Origin: a virus
Direction: 5' to 3' (one strand)
UHGV virus genome: UHGV-1346966
DNA length: 5,524 nucleotides
A program made the translations under genes and the position numbers. Under the pieces are notes generated by a model, which was given only the letters and a program-made list of their open reading frames with translations, was not told the origin of the DNA and did no database searches. Below are positions 5,276 through 5,524 of this stretch, piece by piece (the stretch's first letter is position 1; each line of letters begins with the position of its first letter).

Positions 5276-5524
5276 AGGTCTAATGATTGTTGAGTTTCTC
5301 TGATTTTGATTATTACTATTCTTCTGATGATAGGTTCGTATATTTCTTTTTCTTTGTTGTATCTCCAGTTGCTCACTTCGTAGAATGGAATGCCGATTCT
5401 TTGTGGTTTATGAGCATCTACATATTTATCATCATATGTTTCTCCATCTTCTGTTACGTAGTATGTTCCTTCGTATCCAAATTCTTGTCGAATTACTCTT
5501 CCTACGCCGATCAGTTTTGTGAGG
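5272..5524 (-). CDS. Hypothetical protein, 5'-truncated at the window end. The C-terminal 83 aa are ...LTKLIGVGRVIRQEFGYEGTYYVTEDGETYDDKYVDAHKPQRIGIPFYEVSNWRYNKEKEIYEPIIRRIVIIKIRETQQSLDL.
   Basis: The frame is open from 5523 down to the TGA at 5274..5272. It is on the same strand as all phage genes and is translationally coupled (ATGA) to the TM ORF. The ORF track omits it because there is no in-window Met. No family recognised. Confidence 0.4.
   Translation of the reverse strand, partial: LTKLIGVGRVIRQEFGYEGTYYVTEDGETYDDKYVDAHKPQRIGIPFYEVSNWRYNKEKEIYEPIIRRIVIIKIRETQQSLDL

Noticed and set aside
1-5524. CRISPR arrays, tRNA/rRNA genes, IS elements with terminal inverted repeats, integrase or toxin-antitoxin genes
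   Set aside because: No regularly spaced direct repeats, no cloverleaf-compatible segments, no transposase/integrase-like ORFs and no additional long ORFs. Every ORF over 100 aa is accounted for by the microvirus genes.

Overview
The window is almost entirely one compact ssDNA-phage (Microviridae, gokushovirus/Alpavirinae-like) gene block. Every credible gene is on the minus strand, and gene junctions are tight, including ATGA and TAAnATG overlaps. Reading the minus strand from high to low coordinates, the order is: a 5'-truncated hypothetical ORF (5524..5272); a 56-aa N-terminal-TM protein (5275..5105); a 101-aa hypothetical (5103..4798); VP1 major capsid protein of 681 aa (4794..2749); a 107-aa acidic small protein (2744..2421); a 156-nt non-coding region carrying a strong GC hairpin; VP2 minor capsid/DNA-pilot protein of 402 aa (2264..1056); VP4, an HUH rolling-circle replication initiator of 291 aa (1025..150); and an ORF starting at 181 that overlaps the Rep 3' end in the +1 frame and runs off the window at position 1. 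The given + strand is T-rich and non-coding, so every + strand ORF in the track is an antisense artefact. I saw no rRNA, tRNA, CRISPR array, IS element or integrase. Ribosome-binding sites are essentially absent (only VP4 has an AAGGGGG 10 nt upstream), which with the Alpavirinae-like gene order suggests a Bacteroidetes-type host; this is inference. The window is therefore either a linearised piece of a circular genome somewhat longer than 5.5 kb, or an integrated microvirus prophage whose edges lie outside the window. The parts that established Microviridae biology does not explain are the small accessory ORFs between VP4 and VP1, the overprinted ORF at the Rep 3' end, and the intergenic hairpin.
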